A stretch of DNA of 64,000 nucleotides from Gammaproteobacteria bacterium. Its GTDB lineage: Bacteria > Pseudomonadota > Gammaproteobacteria > Eutrophobiales > Eutrophobiaceae. Positions 42,759 through 51,158 of the stretch are shown piece after piece. How positions within the stretch are numbered: the stretch's first letter is position 1; each line of letters starts with the position of its first letter. The stretch is taken from positions 16,118 through 80,117 of the forward strand of contig JANQNX010000011.1 of assembly GCA_028279365.1 (NCBI GenBank), read 5' to 3'. A program made the translations under genes and the position numbers. Below the pieces are notes generated by a model. The model saw only the letters and a list, made by a program, of their open reading frames with translations. It did not search any database and was not told the DNA's origin.

Positions 42759-43994
42759 ATGGCCTTAATTGTCCAAAAATACGGTGGCACCTCGGTCGGC
42801 ACAGTCGAGCGTATTCAAGCCGTTGCGGATAAGGTCATTGAGACCAAAAAACAAGGTCATCAAGTCGTGGTCGTTGTTTCGGCGATGAGTGGAGAGACGG
42901 ATCGTCTGGTTTCACTGGCGAAAAGCATGTCACATACACCAACACCACGTGAGCTCGATGTTTTATTATCGACGGGTGAGCAAGTGACGATTGCCTTGCT
43001 GAGTATGGCGTTATCCGAGAAGAAACATCCAGCAGTATCTTTCACTGGTGGGCAAGTGCATATTCGTACCGATAATTCGCATAATAAGGCGCGTATTGTC
43101 GATATCGAAGCGGCCCGGGTTCACAAAGCACTGAACGATGGCAATATTGTTGTGATTGCCGGTTTTCAGGGAATAGATGAAGATGGCAATATCACCACGC
43201 TTGGACGCGGTGGATCAGATACCACCGCAGTGGCGATGGCGGCAGCGTTAAACGCTGACGAATGTAGAATCTATACCGATGTGGATGGCGTCTATACGGC
43301 CGATCCGCGGATTGTCGAAGATGCGCAGCGTATGCCTGTCATTACTTATGAAGAAATGCTGGAAATGGCGAGTCTAGGCTCGAAAGTGTTGCAGATTCGT
43401 TCAGTCGAATTTGCCAGAAAATACAATGTTAATTTGCGCGTGTTATCCAGCTTCGAGGATGGTCCGGGCACATTAATTACAGATGAGGATGAGAATATGG
43501 AAGCGGCATTGATATCCGGTATCGCCCATAATCGCGATGAAGCGAAATTAACCATCGTTGGCGTGCCTGACCAACCCGGTATTGCGTCACAAATTTTGGG
43601 ACCAATAGCAGATGCAAATATTGAGGTTGATATGATCGTGCAGAATGTGGGCCTGGATAACACCACTGACTTTACCTTCACTGTCAATCGGGCCGATTTC
43701 GATAAAGCGCTGAAAATACTGGAGAAAACCTCTACAGAGATCGGTGCGAAAGATGTATCCGGTGATAACAAGATTGCTAAAGTGTCAGTCGTGGGCGTCG
43801 GAATGCGCTCCCATGCCGGGATTGCGAGTAAAATGTTCAAGGCGCTGGCGGATGAGGGTATCAATATTCAGATGATTTCTACCTCAGAGATAAAGGTTTC
43901 TGTTGTTTTGGCCGAAAAGTATCTAGAGTTAGGCGTCAGAACATTACATTCCGCTTTTGGACTGGAAAACGGCGTGTTGTCCGAAACAAACTGA
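42759..43994 (+). CDS. lysC: Aspartate kinase (411-aa Pseudomonas-type with ACT domains)
   Basis: VQKYGGTSV N-terminus, GRGGSDTTA motif, and two C-terminal ACT repeats. Confidence 0.93.
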   Translation: MALIVQKYGGTSVGTVERIQAVADKVIETKKQGHQVVVVVSAMSGETDRLVSLAKSMSHTPTPRELDVLLSTGEQVTIALLSMALSEKKHPAVSFTGGQVHIRTDNSHNKARIVDIEAARVHKALNDGNIVVIAGFQGIDEDGNITTLGRGGSDTTAVAMAAALNADECRIYTDVDGVYTADPRIVEDAQRMPVITYEEMLEMASLGSKVLQIRSVEFARKYNVNLRVLSSFEDGPGTLITDEDENMEAALISGIAHNRDEAKLTIVGVPDQPGIASQILGPIADANIEVDMIVQNVGLDNTTDFTFTVNRADFDKALKILEKTSTEIGAKDVSGDNKIAKVSVVGVGMRSHAGIASKMFKALADEGINIQMISTSEIKVSVVLAEKYLELGVRTLHSAFGLENGVLSETN

Positions 43995-44109
43995 ATTCAG
44001 GAGAACTTGAATCGTCTACAGGATGAGAACTATTGACGGGGAAGTAGTCGTACTAAGGCTATAGCAAAATATTAATTATTAAGATTATGGAAGCATCAGG
44101 AGATAAATA

Positions 44110-44301
44110 ATGCTGATATTAACAAGACGAGTTGGTGAATCACTCATGATCGGTGATGAAGTCAATGTAACCGTCCTCGGTATACGTGGTAACCAGGTGA
44201 GAATTGGTGTCAATGCACCTAAAGATGTCGCCGTTCACAGAGAGGAAATTTACGAAAGGATTCAGAAAGAACAATCTGGTGAAGGAGAATCATCAGAATA
44301 A
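44110..44301 (+). CDS. csrA: Carbon storage regulator (RNA-binding global regulator)
   Basis: [52 protein letters not shown] is near-identical to canonical CsrA/RsmA. Confidence 0.96.
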   Translation: MLILTRRVGESLMIGDEVNVTVLGIRGNQVRIGVNAPKDVAVHREEIYERIQKEQSGEGESSE

Positions 44302-44385
44302 GATAACGCTACACTTTTTCGGCCTTTACGCTGATTATCAGCGGAGGTATGCTTATGCACTTAAATTAGCAATTCTATATCGACT

Positions 44386-44413
44386 AAAAACACGGCATTA
44401 TTGCCGTGTTTTT
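44386..44413 (+). terminator. Rho-independent terminator after csrA
   Basis: Arms AAAAACACGGCA / TGCCGTGTTTTT with a 4-nt loop and a trailing T-run. Confidence 0.7.
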
Positions 44414-44432
44414 AGTTTAAAATTATAAAAAC

Positions 44433-44524
44433 GGAGAGGTGGCCGAGCGGCTGAAGGCGCTCCCCTGCTAAGGGAGTATACGGTTTATCCCGTATCGAGG
44501 GTTCGAATCCCTCTCTCTCCGCCA
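44433..44524 (+). tRNA. tRNA-Ser (anticodon GCT), class II with long variable arm, CCA encoded
   Basis: Folded by hand: acceptor GGAGAGG/TCTCTCC, anticodon arm CTCCC-CTGCTAA-GGGAG, long variable arm, T arm GAGGG-TTCGAAT-CCCTC, discriminator G, then CCA. Confidence 0.95.
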
Positions 44525-44533
44525 ATAAATAAC

Positions 44534-44557
44534 AAACCCCGAAACGCGGGGTTTTTA
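44534..44557 (+). terminator. Rho-independent terminator after tRNA-Ser
   Basis: AAACCCCG...CGGGGTTTTT hairpin followed by a T-run. Confidence 0.7.
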
Positions 44558-44576
44558 TTTATTTGGAAGCAGAGGC

Positions 44577-44602
44577 TTGATGAGAACCCTTTGGTTCGAC
44601 AA
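44577..44602 (+). repeat. Direct repeat copy 1 (TTGATGAGAACCCTTTGGTTCGACAA)
   Basis: Matches 44754-44779 (TTGATGAGAGCACCTTGGTTCGACAA) apart from a few substitutions in the centre. Confidence 0.75.
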
Positions 44603-44677
44603 TCTTCCGTAGGAAGATTGGACAGACGAACGGAGAGAGTCTGCCCCGAAGGGGTGAGTAAATGCCACAAGCATTTA

Positions 44678-44702
44678 CGAATCAATCCCTCTCTCTCCGC
44701 CA
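44678..44702 (+). repeat. Copy of the tRNA-Ser 3-prime end (CGAATCAATCCCTCTCTCTCCGCCA)
   Basis: Identical to tRNA-Ser 44504-44524 except for a 4-nt insertion (AATC). Ends in GCCA. Confidence 0.85.
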
Positions 44703-44711
44703 TAACAAAAT

Positions 44712-44733
44712 AACCGGCTTTTGCCGGTTTTTT
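44712..44733 (+). terminator. Rho-independent terminator directly after the tRNA-end copy
   Basis: AACCGGC-TTTT-GCCGGTT followed by a T-run. Confidence 0.65.
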
Positions 44734-44753
44734 ATTGTGTGGAGTTTGAGAAT

Positions 44754-44779
44754 TTGATGAGAGCACCTTGGTTCGACAA
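44754..44779 (+). repeat. Direct repeat copy 2 (TTGATGAGAGCACCTTGGTTCGACAA)
   Basis: See 44577-44602. The two copies start 177 nt apart. Confidence 0.75.
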
Positions 44780-44893
44780 ATCGGCAGAACGCCTACATGG
44801 ATGTAGGTGATAGAGCGAAGCAGGAGCCAGAGCCGAACAGCCGATTTGCACATTGCCTTAGCAATGCCTAAAAGGCAAACTGCAAGAATATAG

Positions 44894-44910
44894 CGAATGA
44901 GTCCCTCTCT
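44894..44910 (+). repeat. Second, more degenerate copy of the tRNA-Ser T-loop/acceptor end (CGAATGAGTCCCTCTCT)
   Basis: Shares CGAAT..TCCCTCTCT with 44504-44520 but has lost the CCGCCA end. Confidence 0.5.
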
Positions 44911-44953
44911 GTTGATATCCCAAAATGTAACTAAACTCCTTTAGGGTTTTGTG

Positions 44954-45811
44954 CTAAGGATTACAAAATTGACATCGGCCTGGGTCGGCTTTTTTCATAC
45001 CATGTTTGGGTGGTTTTGATTCTTTATATCCGCATTTTACACAGCCGTATATTTCGAATTTTATTTCGTTCGTTTTTGCGCCGCATAATTCACATTCAAG
45101 CCCTGTCTCAATAGAGATTTGACCCCATCCAGGCGCATTACACGATGGGCAGGTTGTACTTAATCTTTTAGCCATCGTTACAGCTAACTCAGAAATGATT
45201 TTCATACGCGAGGGATTCACATGCGCTCGCATATCCGTCTCGATCCATGCACTGCTATCATCGGAAAGACTGCATGCATGATGAAATGCATGTTCTAAAT
45301 CATCCTGGTTCTGAAGTCCCTTGACTATGTGTTGATTATCTCTTGGGGCATTCGGTCTTATGATCAAAGCATGTGAGGGAAACTGCGCCTTTTCGGCAAA
45401 TTCATTTAGCGACGCTAATGAATCAATTGTCTGCATCTGGTAATTCGTATTGGTTGATGTTTGTGAGAGATGAAGCTGGAGATCGCGTTCTCTATCAATG
45501 AAGTACAGGACTTCTACATCTCCGGGTAAAAACGGCATTTGAGGATGCGGGCCAAAGCTGCCCTCGCTGGCTATGCCGAACTGGCTATCCGCCTTATCCA
45601 TTCCCCATTCGCATTTTCGCTTGACGCAGCTAAGTACATCACCCGCGCGCTCAATCTCCCCGGTAAACGTACCAAGCTGATCGGTATCAAGCAGGTTAGT
45701 GATAAGCCTAGCTCCCAACACGGATGAAAATGCAGGTTCAATAGCCTTGTCTTTATCATGCTTGGAGGTCAGTACTATATCTTTACCCGAATAGGGAGAA
45801 TCGATAGCCAT
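44954..45811 (-). CDS. Hypothetical protein with four C-terminal CxxC motifs (double zinc ribbon)
   Basis: 285 aa with CPSC, CELC, CVKC and CQFC in the last 70 residues. The N-terminal ~200 aa has no motif I recognise. Lies between tRNA-Ser and tRNA-Arg. Confidence 0.6.
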   Translation of the reverse strand: MAIDSPYSGKDIVLTSKHDKDKAIEPAFSSVLGARLITNLLDTDQLGTFTGEIERAGDVLSCVKRKCEWGMDKADSQFGIASEGSFGPHPQMPFLPGDVEVLYFIDRERDLQLHLSQTSTNTNYQMQTIDSLASLNEFAEKAQFPSHALIIRPNAPRDNQHIVKGLQNQDDLEHAFHHACSLSDDSSAWIETDMRAHVNPSRMKIISELAVTMAKRLSTTCPSCNAPGWGQISIETGLECELCGAKTNEIKFEIYGCVKCGYKESKPPKHGMKKADPGRCQFCNP

Positions 45812-45964
45812 GTCTAATCCGAGTTTGATTAACTACAATGCAGTTGATTTTATAAATCAATAACTTATAAGTAAATTGAATTAATTATGTTTATAATAAT
45901 AGTGAAATAGCTGAGTGATTTGACTAAATGGCTCAGTCCTATAATATTCCCGGCTCAAAACAAC

Positions 45965-46041
45965 GCGCCCGTAGCTCAGCTGGATAGAGTACCTGGCTAC
46001 GAACTAGGGGGTCGGAGGTTCGAATCCTTCCGGGCGCGCCA
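45965..46041 (+). tRNA. tRNA-Arg (anticodon ACG), CCA encoded
   Basis: Acceptor GCGCCCG/CGGGCGC, D arm AGCTCAGCTGGATAGAGT, anticodon loop CTACGAA, T arm GGAGG-TTCGAAT-CCTTC. Confidence 0.95.
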
Positions 46042-46067
46042 TTTATAAGGCTTTCAAATCATTTTAA

Positions 46068-47498
46068 TTATCTTAAAAAGCCAAATCGTAAGGCTCTGAA
46101 CATTAGGTCACGATTCTTTAAGATGAAGCTATTCTTTGGTAACCATGATTTAGATTTCAGTACGGTTTTGGCTTTTGAGAAGGTTAAGAAACCCTCATGA
46201 CCGTGATAATGTCCCATACCAGAATTACCGACACCTCCAAACGGGGCATCATCTGCCGCAACATGCATGGCTGTATCATTAATCGATACTCCACCACTAT
46301 GTGTATTTTTCAAGATATTATCAATCAGCGAGTCATTGTTAGACATGATATATAAAGCCAATGGTCGTGGTCGTTCATTGATATAGTTAATTACTTTATC
46401 AATGTTTCTATAGGTGACAACAGGCAAGATAGAGCCAAATATTTCCTCATGCATGATCTTCATATCTTCACTCACATTGGTAATGATATGTGGAAAGATC
46501 AATCTACCATCAGTTTCTTTATATTCTTTTACAGAATGAATTTTCGCATTCTTAGCTTTGGCATCTTCCAGAAATTCTTTTAGCCTTTGAAATTGTCTAT
46601 CTGAAACAATATGAGTTTGTGTATTTTTATTATCACCTGATAAATAAGTATCTGTATATCGTTTGATAAATGTATCAACAAATTTTTTTTCTCTAGTTTC
46701 AGGTACAAACACATAATCAGGGGCAACACAAATTTGTCCTGAGTTGAGTGACTTTCCAACCATCACTGCATCAACAGCAGCATCCATATTAATATCTTCG
46801 TCAATAATAGTTGGAGATTTACCACCCATCTCTAGTGTAATAGGCGTGAGATTGTCAGCAGCCGACTTTGCTACCAATTTACCAACAGTCGTGGAACCAG
46901 TGAATATTAAGTGATCAAATGGCAGTGAAGAAAACTCAGCACCTACATTGGCTTCTCCTTCAACAATGATTATGTGTTCAGAAATATCCTGAACAACTTT
47001 GCGTAATGCTTTATTGGCATTAGGCGTAAATTCACTCATTTTAATCATTACGCGATTTCCAGCCGCCAGAGCTTGTATAGCAGGGCCCAGTGCTAAAAAG
47101 AATGGAAAATTCCATGGTGTTATCACACCAACTACACCTAAAGGTTGGTAATGAACTGTGACGGTCGAAGGAGCGAGAAATATTCCAGCATGACGTTTGG
47201 ATGGCTTCATCCATTTTTTTAGATTTTTAAGGGAATAATTGATCGCCATGACACTTGGTAATACATCCGCAATTAATGTGTCAAACTCACTACGATATCC
47301 ATAATCTTGCTTTAACGCATCATAGATAGCTTGTTCATTTTCTATTAATGAAGCTTTTAGTTTGGTTAGTACTTCCTTTCGTTCATTATAGTTAGGATAA
47401 AGCGCATTGTTATAAGACGCTTTCATCATTTCAAAATCATTTTTGAGTGATGATGTTTCCGGTGGGCTATCAAATTCTCCTTTTACTATATTATCCAT
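46068..47498 (-). CDS. NAD(P)-dependent aldehyde dehydrogenase (class 3 / coniferyl-aldehyde DH-like)
   Basis: Catalytic Glu block LEMGGKSP and Cys block NSGQICVAPDY. About 476 aa. Confidence 0.9.
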   Translation of the reverse strand: MDNIVKGEFDSPPETSSLKNDFEMMKASYNNALYPNYNERKEVLTKLKASLIENEQAIYDALKQDYGYRSEFDTLIADVLPSVMAINYSLKNLKKWMKPSKRHAGIFLAPSTVTVHYQPLGVVGVITPWNFPFFLALGPAIQALAAGNRVMIKMSEFTPNANKALRKVVQDISEHIIIVEGEANVGAEFSSLPFDHLIFTGSTTVGKLVAKSAADNLTPITLEMGGKSPTIIDEDINMDAAVDAVMVGKSLNSGQICVAPDYVFVPETREKKFVDTFIKRYTDTYLSGDNKNTQTHIVSDRQFQRLKEFLEDAKAKNAKIHSVKEYKETDGRLIFPHIITNVSEDMKIMHEEIFGSILPVVTYRNIDKVINYINERPRPLALYIMSNNDSLIDNILKNTHSGGVSINDTAMHVAADDAPFGGVGNSGMGHYHGHEGFLTFSKAKTVLKSKSWLPKNSFILKNRDLMFRALRFGFLR

Positions 47499-47537
47499 GG
47501 TTATTCTCCTAATAAGTTTTGTTTAAAATTAAAAAAT

Positions 47538-48098
47538 TTATTTGTTCTCTTCATCAACTACACTTTCGATAATTAAGGACATGTCTTTAAGAAATTGACT
47601 TCTGGATGTTTCTTCCAGTAGCAGACCTTTTCCTGCTGATATCAATGCGAAAGCCATTCCTAATGCTTTATTGTTTGATGCCAAATTATGACGTTCTAGA
47701 AATTCTGCTAATCTAGTTCTATATCGTAATGGCCAGTCTTCTTGGGAAGCATGCGTTGCTTTCAATGCATCATTAAAAACCTCTGCTCCATGTGGGTTGT
47801 TAACAATTTCTACCGCTTGACCTATGAAAGTATCGAATACATTTATAAGAGTTTTTAAGGGTGGTGTTTCATCATTACTTAAATCAGTAAAAATTGATGA
47901 ATACATTCCAGATAGATAAGTATGGATGCTCCATTCATAACACTTATCCTTAGAGCCAAATTTTTTATATATAGATTGTCTGGAAACACCCATGGCACGA
48001 GCTATGTCTTCCATCGACGTTTTTTGAAATCCGTATTGAGCAAAAGTAGCAAGAATATCTTTCGCCTTCGCATTGTCGTTTTTTACTGTATCTAACAT
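47538..48098 (-). CDS. TetR/AcrR family transcriptional regulator
   Basis: N-terminal HTH TSMEDIARAMGVSRQSIYKKFGSK. Lies upstream of the ALDH on the same strand. Confidence 0.85.
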   Translation of the reverse strand: MLDTVKNDNAKAKDILATFAQYGFQKTSMEDIARAMGVSRQSIYKKFGSKDKCYEWSIHTYLSGMYSSIFTDLSNDETPPLKTLINVFDTFIGQAVEIVNNPHGAEVFNDALKATHASQEDWPLRYRTRLAEFLERHNLASNNKALGMAFALISAGKGLLLEETSRSQFLKDMSLIIESVVDEENK

Positions 48099-48450
48099 TG
48101 ATTTGCTCCTAAATGTAAATCAAAAGTTAACAAAACACATAGATTTTGTAATAAGAATAATTACGAATATTACAATAAAAATACAATATGTCAATATTTG
48201 AGTTTACAAATATTGCTCATAATGTAAATATAAAGAGAAATACATAATAAAATTAGTAAGTTACGAAGCCAGAATTGTGTTTTTAGTGACTGATAAATTT
48301 AGTTGTAGAACAACCTTTTTGTTCCATCGCTAATATCATCTACAAGGTATTTCAGGTATTTATACACCTGAAATTTAGTTATTTATGGGGCATTTATTAT
48401 TTGTAAACAGATGTATGTTATGGTTTTCGAGTATTAGACTAACTATCTAT

Positions 48451-48487
48451 GAACTAGGGGGCGAAAGTTCGAACCCTTCCGCACCCA
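48451..48487 (+). repeat. Degenerate direct repeat of the tRNA-Arg 3-prime half (att-like remnant)
   Basis: GAACTAGGGGGCGAAAGTTCGAACCCTTCCGCACCCA compared with the tRNA at 46001-46041, GAACTAGGGGGTCGGAGGTTCGAATCCTTCCGGGCGCGCCA. Confidence 0.75.
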
Positions 48488-48518
48488 TAGGGCATAAAGG
48501 CACGCCATTTTTTATACT

Positions 48519-49829
48519 TTATCTCTCAATGTGTAATTTTTGGGTATAGGTGAATTCCAGCCCACCTTCTGCACGGTTCTTTAAACTGATTTTTCCATTG
48601 AGTTGTTCAGCAATCTCACTGCAAATCGCTAAGCCAAGACCACTGCCAGGTTCAGTATTACCTTCGATTCGATAAAATGGCGTAAATACTTTATCAATAT
48701 ATTTTTCTTCGATACCAGGACCGCTGTCGATTACTTTGAATACAGCGTATCCATCATTATTAGATAAACTCACATCAATTTTGCCGCCATTCGGGGTGTA
48801 ATAAATAGCATTAGAAATGGCGTTTTCAAATAATTGGCTTAATCCACCATTAAAATCATCTAGTTCAGTCTCTATAGATTCAGTAACACCAAGGTCAATC
48901 GATTTTTTTTCGGCCAAAGGGTAAAGCGATGTCACTGTCTCTTTCAGTACTTCATTAGCACGAACCTGACTAAAGGAATCAGCCCCGACATTACGTAAAC
49001 GCGCGAACTTTAGCAGTTGATTAACGAGTGAGTTTAATCGAATTAGACTTTGATGTAATAATTTGAATCGTTCATCGCGTTCTGATTCAGTTTGGGCAGC
49101 GTATACATTCTCGGATTGTATGGTTAATGCCGCGACAGGAGTACGAAGTTCATGTGATGCATCGGCTATGAAACGGCGCTGATGTTTGATTGTTTCTCCC
49201 GCACGCGCCAGTAATCGGTTAATAGCTTCAATAAATGGTATGATTTCAGTTGGTATTTTTTCAACTGGTAATGGGTTCATGTCATCGACTGATAAATAAT
49301 CTACGTTATGTGCTAATTGTTTGATAGGTTTCATTCGGCTCCAGATAATCCACGTTATAGCGGCAAGTAGTATTGCTGCCATGATAATGATTGGTAACAT
49401 TGCACTTATTGCATTCGCCCATGCAATCTCATCTCTGAGCTCTGTTTGTTGCGCAATGACGAAACGTTGATTCGATGGTTTAGTTATCAGATAGATTCGC
49501 CAGGATGTATTGCCATATTTAATTGTTGCAAATCCGTCAGCTTGTTCTGGATCAATGTCTAATGATTTATTCTTTAAATCATTTAATGGCTGCACAATGA
49601 TATTGGAATCATTTTGGCGTGAACTCCAATTATTTGAATTACCGGCGGTGTCAATTGAAATGGTTCGGGCAATTTGAACCAAAATCTCATCTTGCATTTC
49701 ACGCGCTTCATCAAATGCCAATAAACCGGCGATTAAGCCGGCCAAAATCGCAACAGTGATTGTCGTAATGAAGATCCAGCGTGTCAGTTCTCTGAGTAAG
49801 GATCTCGGTTCTATTTTTTTACCATCCAC
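48519..49829 (-). CDS. Sensor histidine kinase (QseC/PhoQ-like, two TM helices)
   Basis: H-box ASHELRTP, N-box NAISNAIYYT, G-boxes DSGPGI and GSGLGLAI. Confidence 0.88.
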   Translation of the reverse strand: MDGKKIEPRSLLRELTRWIFITTITVAILAGLIAGLLAFDEAREMQDEILVQIARTISIDTAGNSNNWSSRQNDSNIIVQPLNDLKNKSLDIDPEQADGFATIKYGNTSWRIYLITKPSNQRFVIAQQTELRDEIAWANAISAMLPIIIMAAILLAAITWIIWSRMKPIKQLAHNVDYLSVDDMNPLPVEKIPTEIIPFIEAINRLLARAGETIKHQRRFIADASHELRTPVAALTIQSENVYAAQTESERDERFKLLHQSLIRLNSLVNQLLKFARLRNVGADSFSQVRANEVLKETVTSLYPLAEKKSIDLGVTESIETELDDFNGGLSQLFENAISNAIYYTPNGGKIDVSLSNNDGYAVFKVIDSGPGIEEKYIDKVFTPFYRIEGNTEPGSGLGLAICSEIAEQLNGKISLKNRAEGGLEFTYTQKLHIER

Positions 49830-50467
49830 CCTAAGCCTCGAACATTTTTAATTGCATCTTTGCCAAGTTTTTTTCGTAATTCATGAATGATGACTTCCAC
49901 TGCATTACTGGCAATTTCTTCATTCCAACCATAGATTTGTTCTTCCAGCTCTGATTTAGAAAGTATTCGACCTGGCTTAATTAATAATAATCTTAATAAA
50001 GCAAACTCACGGGCTGATAGGTTGAATGTATCCTCGCCTTTAGTTAACTCACCTGTGGCATTATCTAACGTTAGCTCCCCGTTGGATAGAATTGAGCTGG
50101 CTGCACCTTGGTTACGACGTGTGACAGCCCTTGTTCTTGCAAGCAGTTCATCGATAGAGAATGGTTTAACTAAAAAATCATCTGCACCTAGGTCAAGACC
50201 TTTAATTTTATCTTCAATTGCATCTTGCGCAGTGATTATTATCACTGGAGTTTTGGAATTTTCCTCTCGAAGTGTAGATAGAATCTCGAAACCATTCTTT
50301 TTAGGGAGACCTAAGTCAAGCAAGATTAAACTATAGTCTTCTATCTGCGCCGATGCTAAACCAGACAGACCGTCTTTAGTCCAATCAATGGAATAAGATG
50401 CATCTTTCAGTGCTTGTTGTATAGCCGTGCCGATTAAAGGGTCATCTTCTATTAGTAATACTCTCAT
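49811..50467 (-). CDS. OmpR-family response regulator
   Basis: Receiver MRVLLIEDD...LILLDLGLP followed by a winged-helix C-terminus. Overlaps the kinase gene by 19 nt. Confidence 0.9.
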   Translation of the reverse strand: MRVLLIEDDPLIGTAIQQALKDASYSIDWTKDGLSGLASAQIEDYSLILLDLGLPKKNGFEILSTLREENSKTPVIIITAQDAIEDKIKGLDLGADDFLVKPFSIDELLARTRAVTRRNQGAASSILSNGELTLDNATGELTKGEDTFNLSAREFALLRLLLIKPGRILSKSELEEQIYGWNEEIASNAVEVIIHELRKKLGKDAIKNVRGLGWMVKK

Positions 50468-50480
50468 ATATTCTTGTGCA

Positions 50481-50503
50481 GCCCACCTTATATAAAGGTG
50501 GGC
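50481..50503. other. 9-bp perfect hairpin between the PepSY and response regulator genes
   Basis: GCCCACCTT-ATATA-AAGGTGGGC. There is no clear T-run on the transcribed (minus) strand. Confidence 0.35.
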
Positions 50504-50532
50504 TTTGAGTATATTTATGTCAATCGAATAAA

Positions 50533-50874
50533 CTAATCATCATCACGTTCATTTTCAAGAATGGCTCCGCTATTGGCGTCAATCTCAAATTCATAGACCT
50601 GATTTTGATTATTGACGATTTCTATCTCCCATACTACCAAGCCATCATCTTTTTCGATTTCGGCCTCAATAACTTTTCCTGGTGTATCAGCTAATGCAAT
50701 CTTCATGGCTTCATCGATTCCCAATGTCGCATTTTGTACCAGACTGACAGCATCTGAATCACAGTCATCAGAATCTCTTTTTCCATGATCTTTATTTGCT
50801 AATACGGTAGCCGAGGCTCCTAGTATCGTAAGAACAGTGATGCCAGTTGCAAGAGTTTTGCTTGATATTTTCAT
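50533..50874 (-). CDS. Small secreted PepSY-domain protein
   Basis: Signal peptide present. PGKVIEAEIEKDDGLVVWEIEI...YEFEIDANSG is PepSY-like. Commonly found upstream of OmpR/HK pairs. Confidence 0.7.
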   Translation of the reverse strand: MKISSKTLATGITVLTILGASATVLANKDHGKRDSDDCDSDAVSLVQNATLGIDEAMKIALADTPGKVIEAEIEKDDGLVVWEIEIVNNQNQVYEFEIDANSGAILENERDDD

Positions 50875-51158
50875 GGTTTATCTCCAGTTTCAGTAAGTTT
50901 TTTTAACGTAATCATTTACGCTATGTGGGAGTAGCATAGTCATCAATACTTAGCTGAAAATTAGCAAATTGTCGATTTACTGGAATTATTACTTTCCACC
51001 TTCTATTCCATAATTTCTGAAAAACTATTGGTAACTAAAATAGCATCAGGGATTTACACCTAAAATCATCAGGATTATTTCACTGTTTTCATTTAACTCA
51101 TATAAATTATTAATTATCTGATTTATATTCCGCATTTTAGATAGCACGTTAAAATTAA

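Larger units (their letters stand above)
46042..48487. mobile_element. Integrase-less genomic islet inserted at the 3-prime end of tRNA-Arg (cargo: ALDH and TetR)
   Basis: Bounded on the left by the intact tRNA and on the right by a decayed copy of its 3-prime 41 nt (48451-48487). Confidence 0.55.

Noticed and set aside
43346-43864. Long antisense or alternative-frame ORFs inside well-supported genes, for example 172 aa in lysC, 148 aa in mrdA (7213-7659), 120 aa in guaB (32691-33053) and 129 aa in the cNMP gene (15136-15525).
   Set aside because: They lie wholly within strongly supported genes. Their composition is the low-complexity Ser/Pro/Arg-rich type expected of antisense frames, and they have no RBS.
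44577-44602. Hammerhead-ribozyme-like core in the repeated block: TTGATGA + GAACC-CTTT-GGTTC + GACAA. This resembles CUGAUGA-stem II-GAAA.
   Set aside because: The invariant C3 is a U (UUGAUGA). The GAAA core is interrupted (GACAA). The second copy (44754-44779) cannot form a sensible stem II. I could not build a stem I or stem III with a cleavage site.
44485-44853. 122-aa minus-strand ORF from the track.
   Set aside because: It overlaps the tRNA-Ser gene, two terminators and the repeat modules. Its sequence is low-complexity with no RBS, so it is almost certainly spurious.
44561-44910. CsrB/RsmZ-type CsrA-sequestering sRNA next to csrA. Several GGA motifs are present, one of them in a perfect hairpin loop (CCTACA-TGGA-TGTAGG).
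   Set aside because: I count only about 7 GGA in roughly 350 nt. That is close to what base composition alone would give, and most are not in A(N)GGA loop contexts. Known Csr sRNAs are much more densely packed with GGA motifs.
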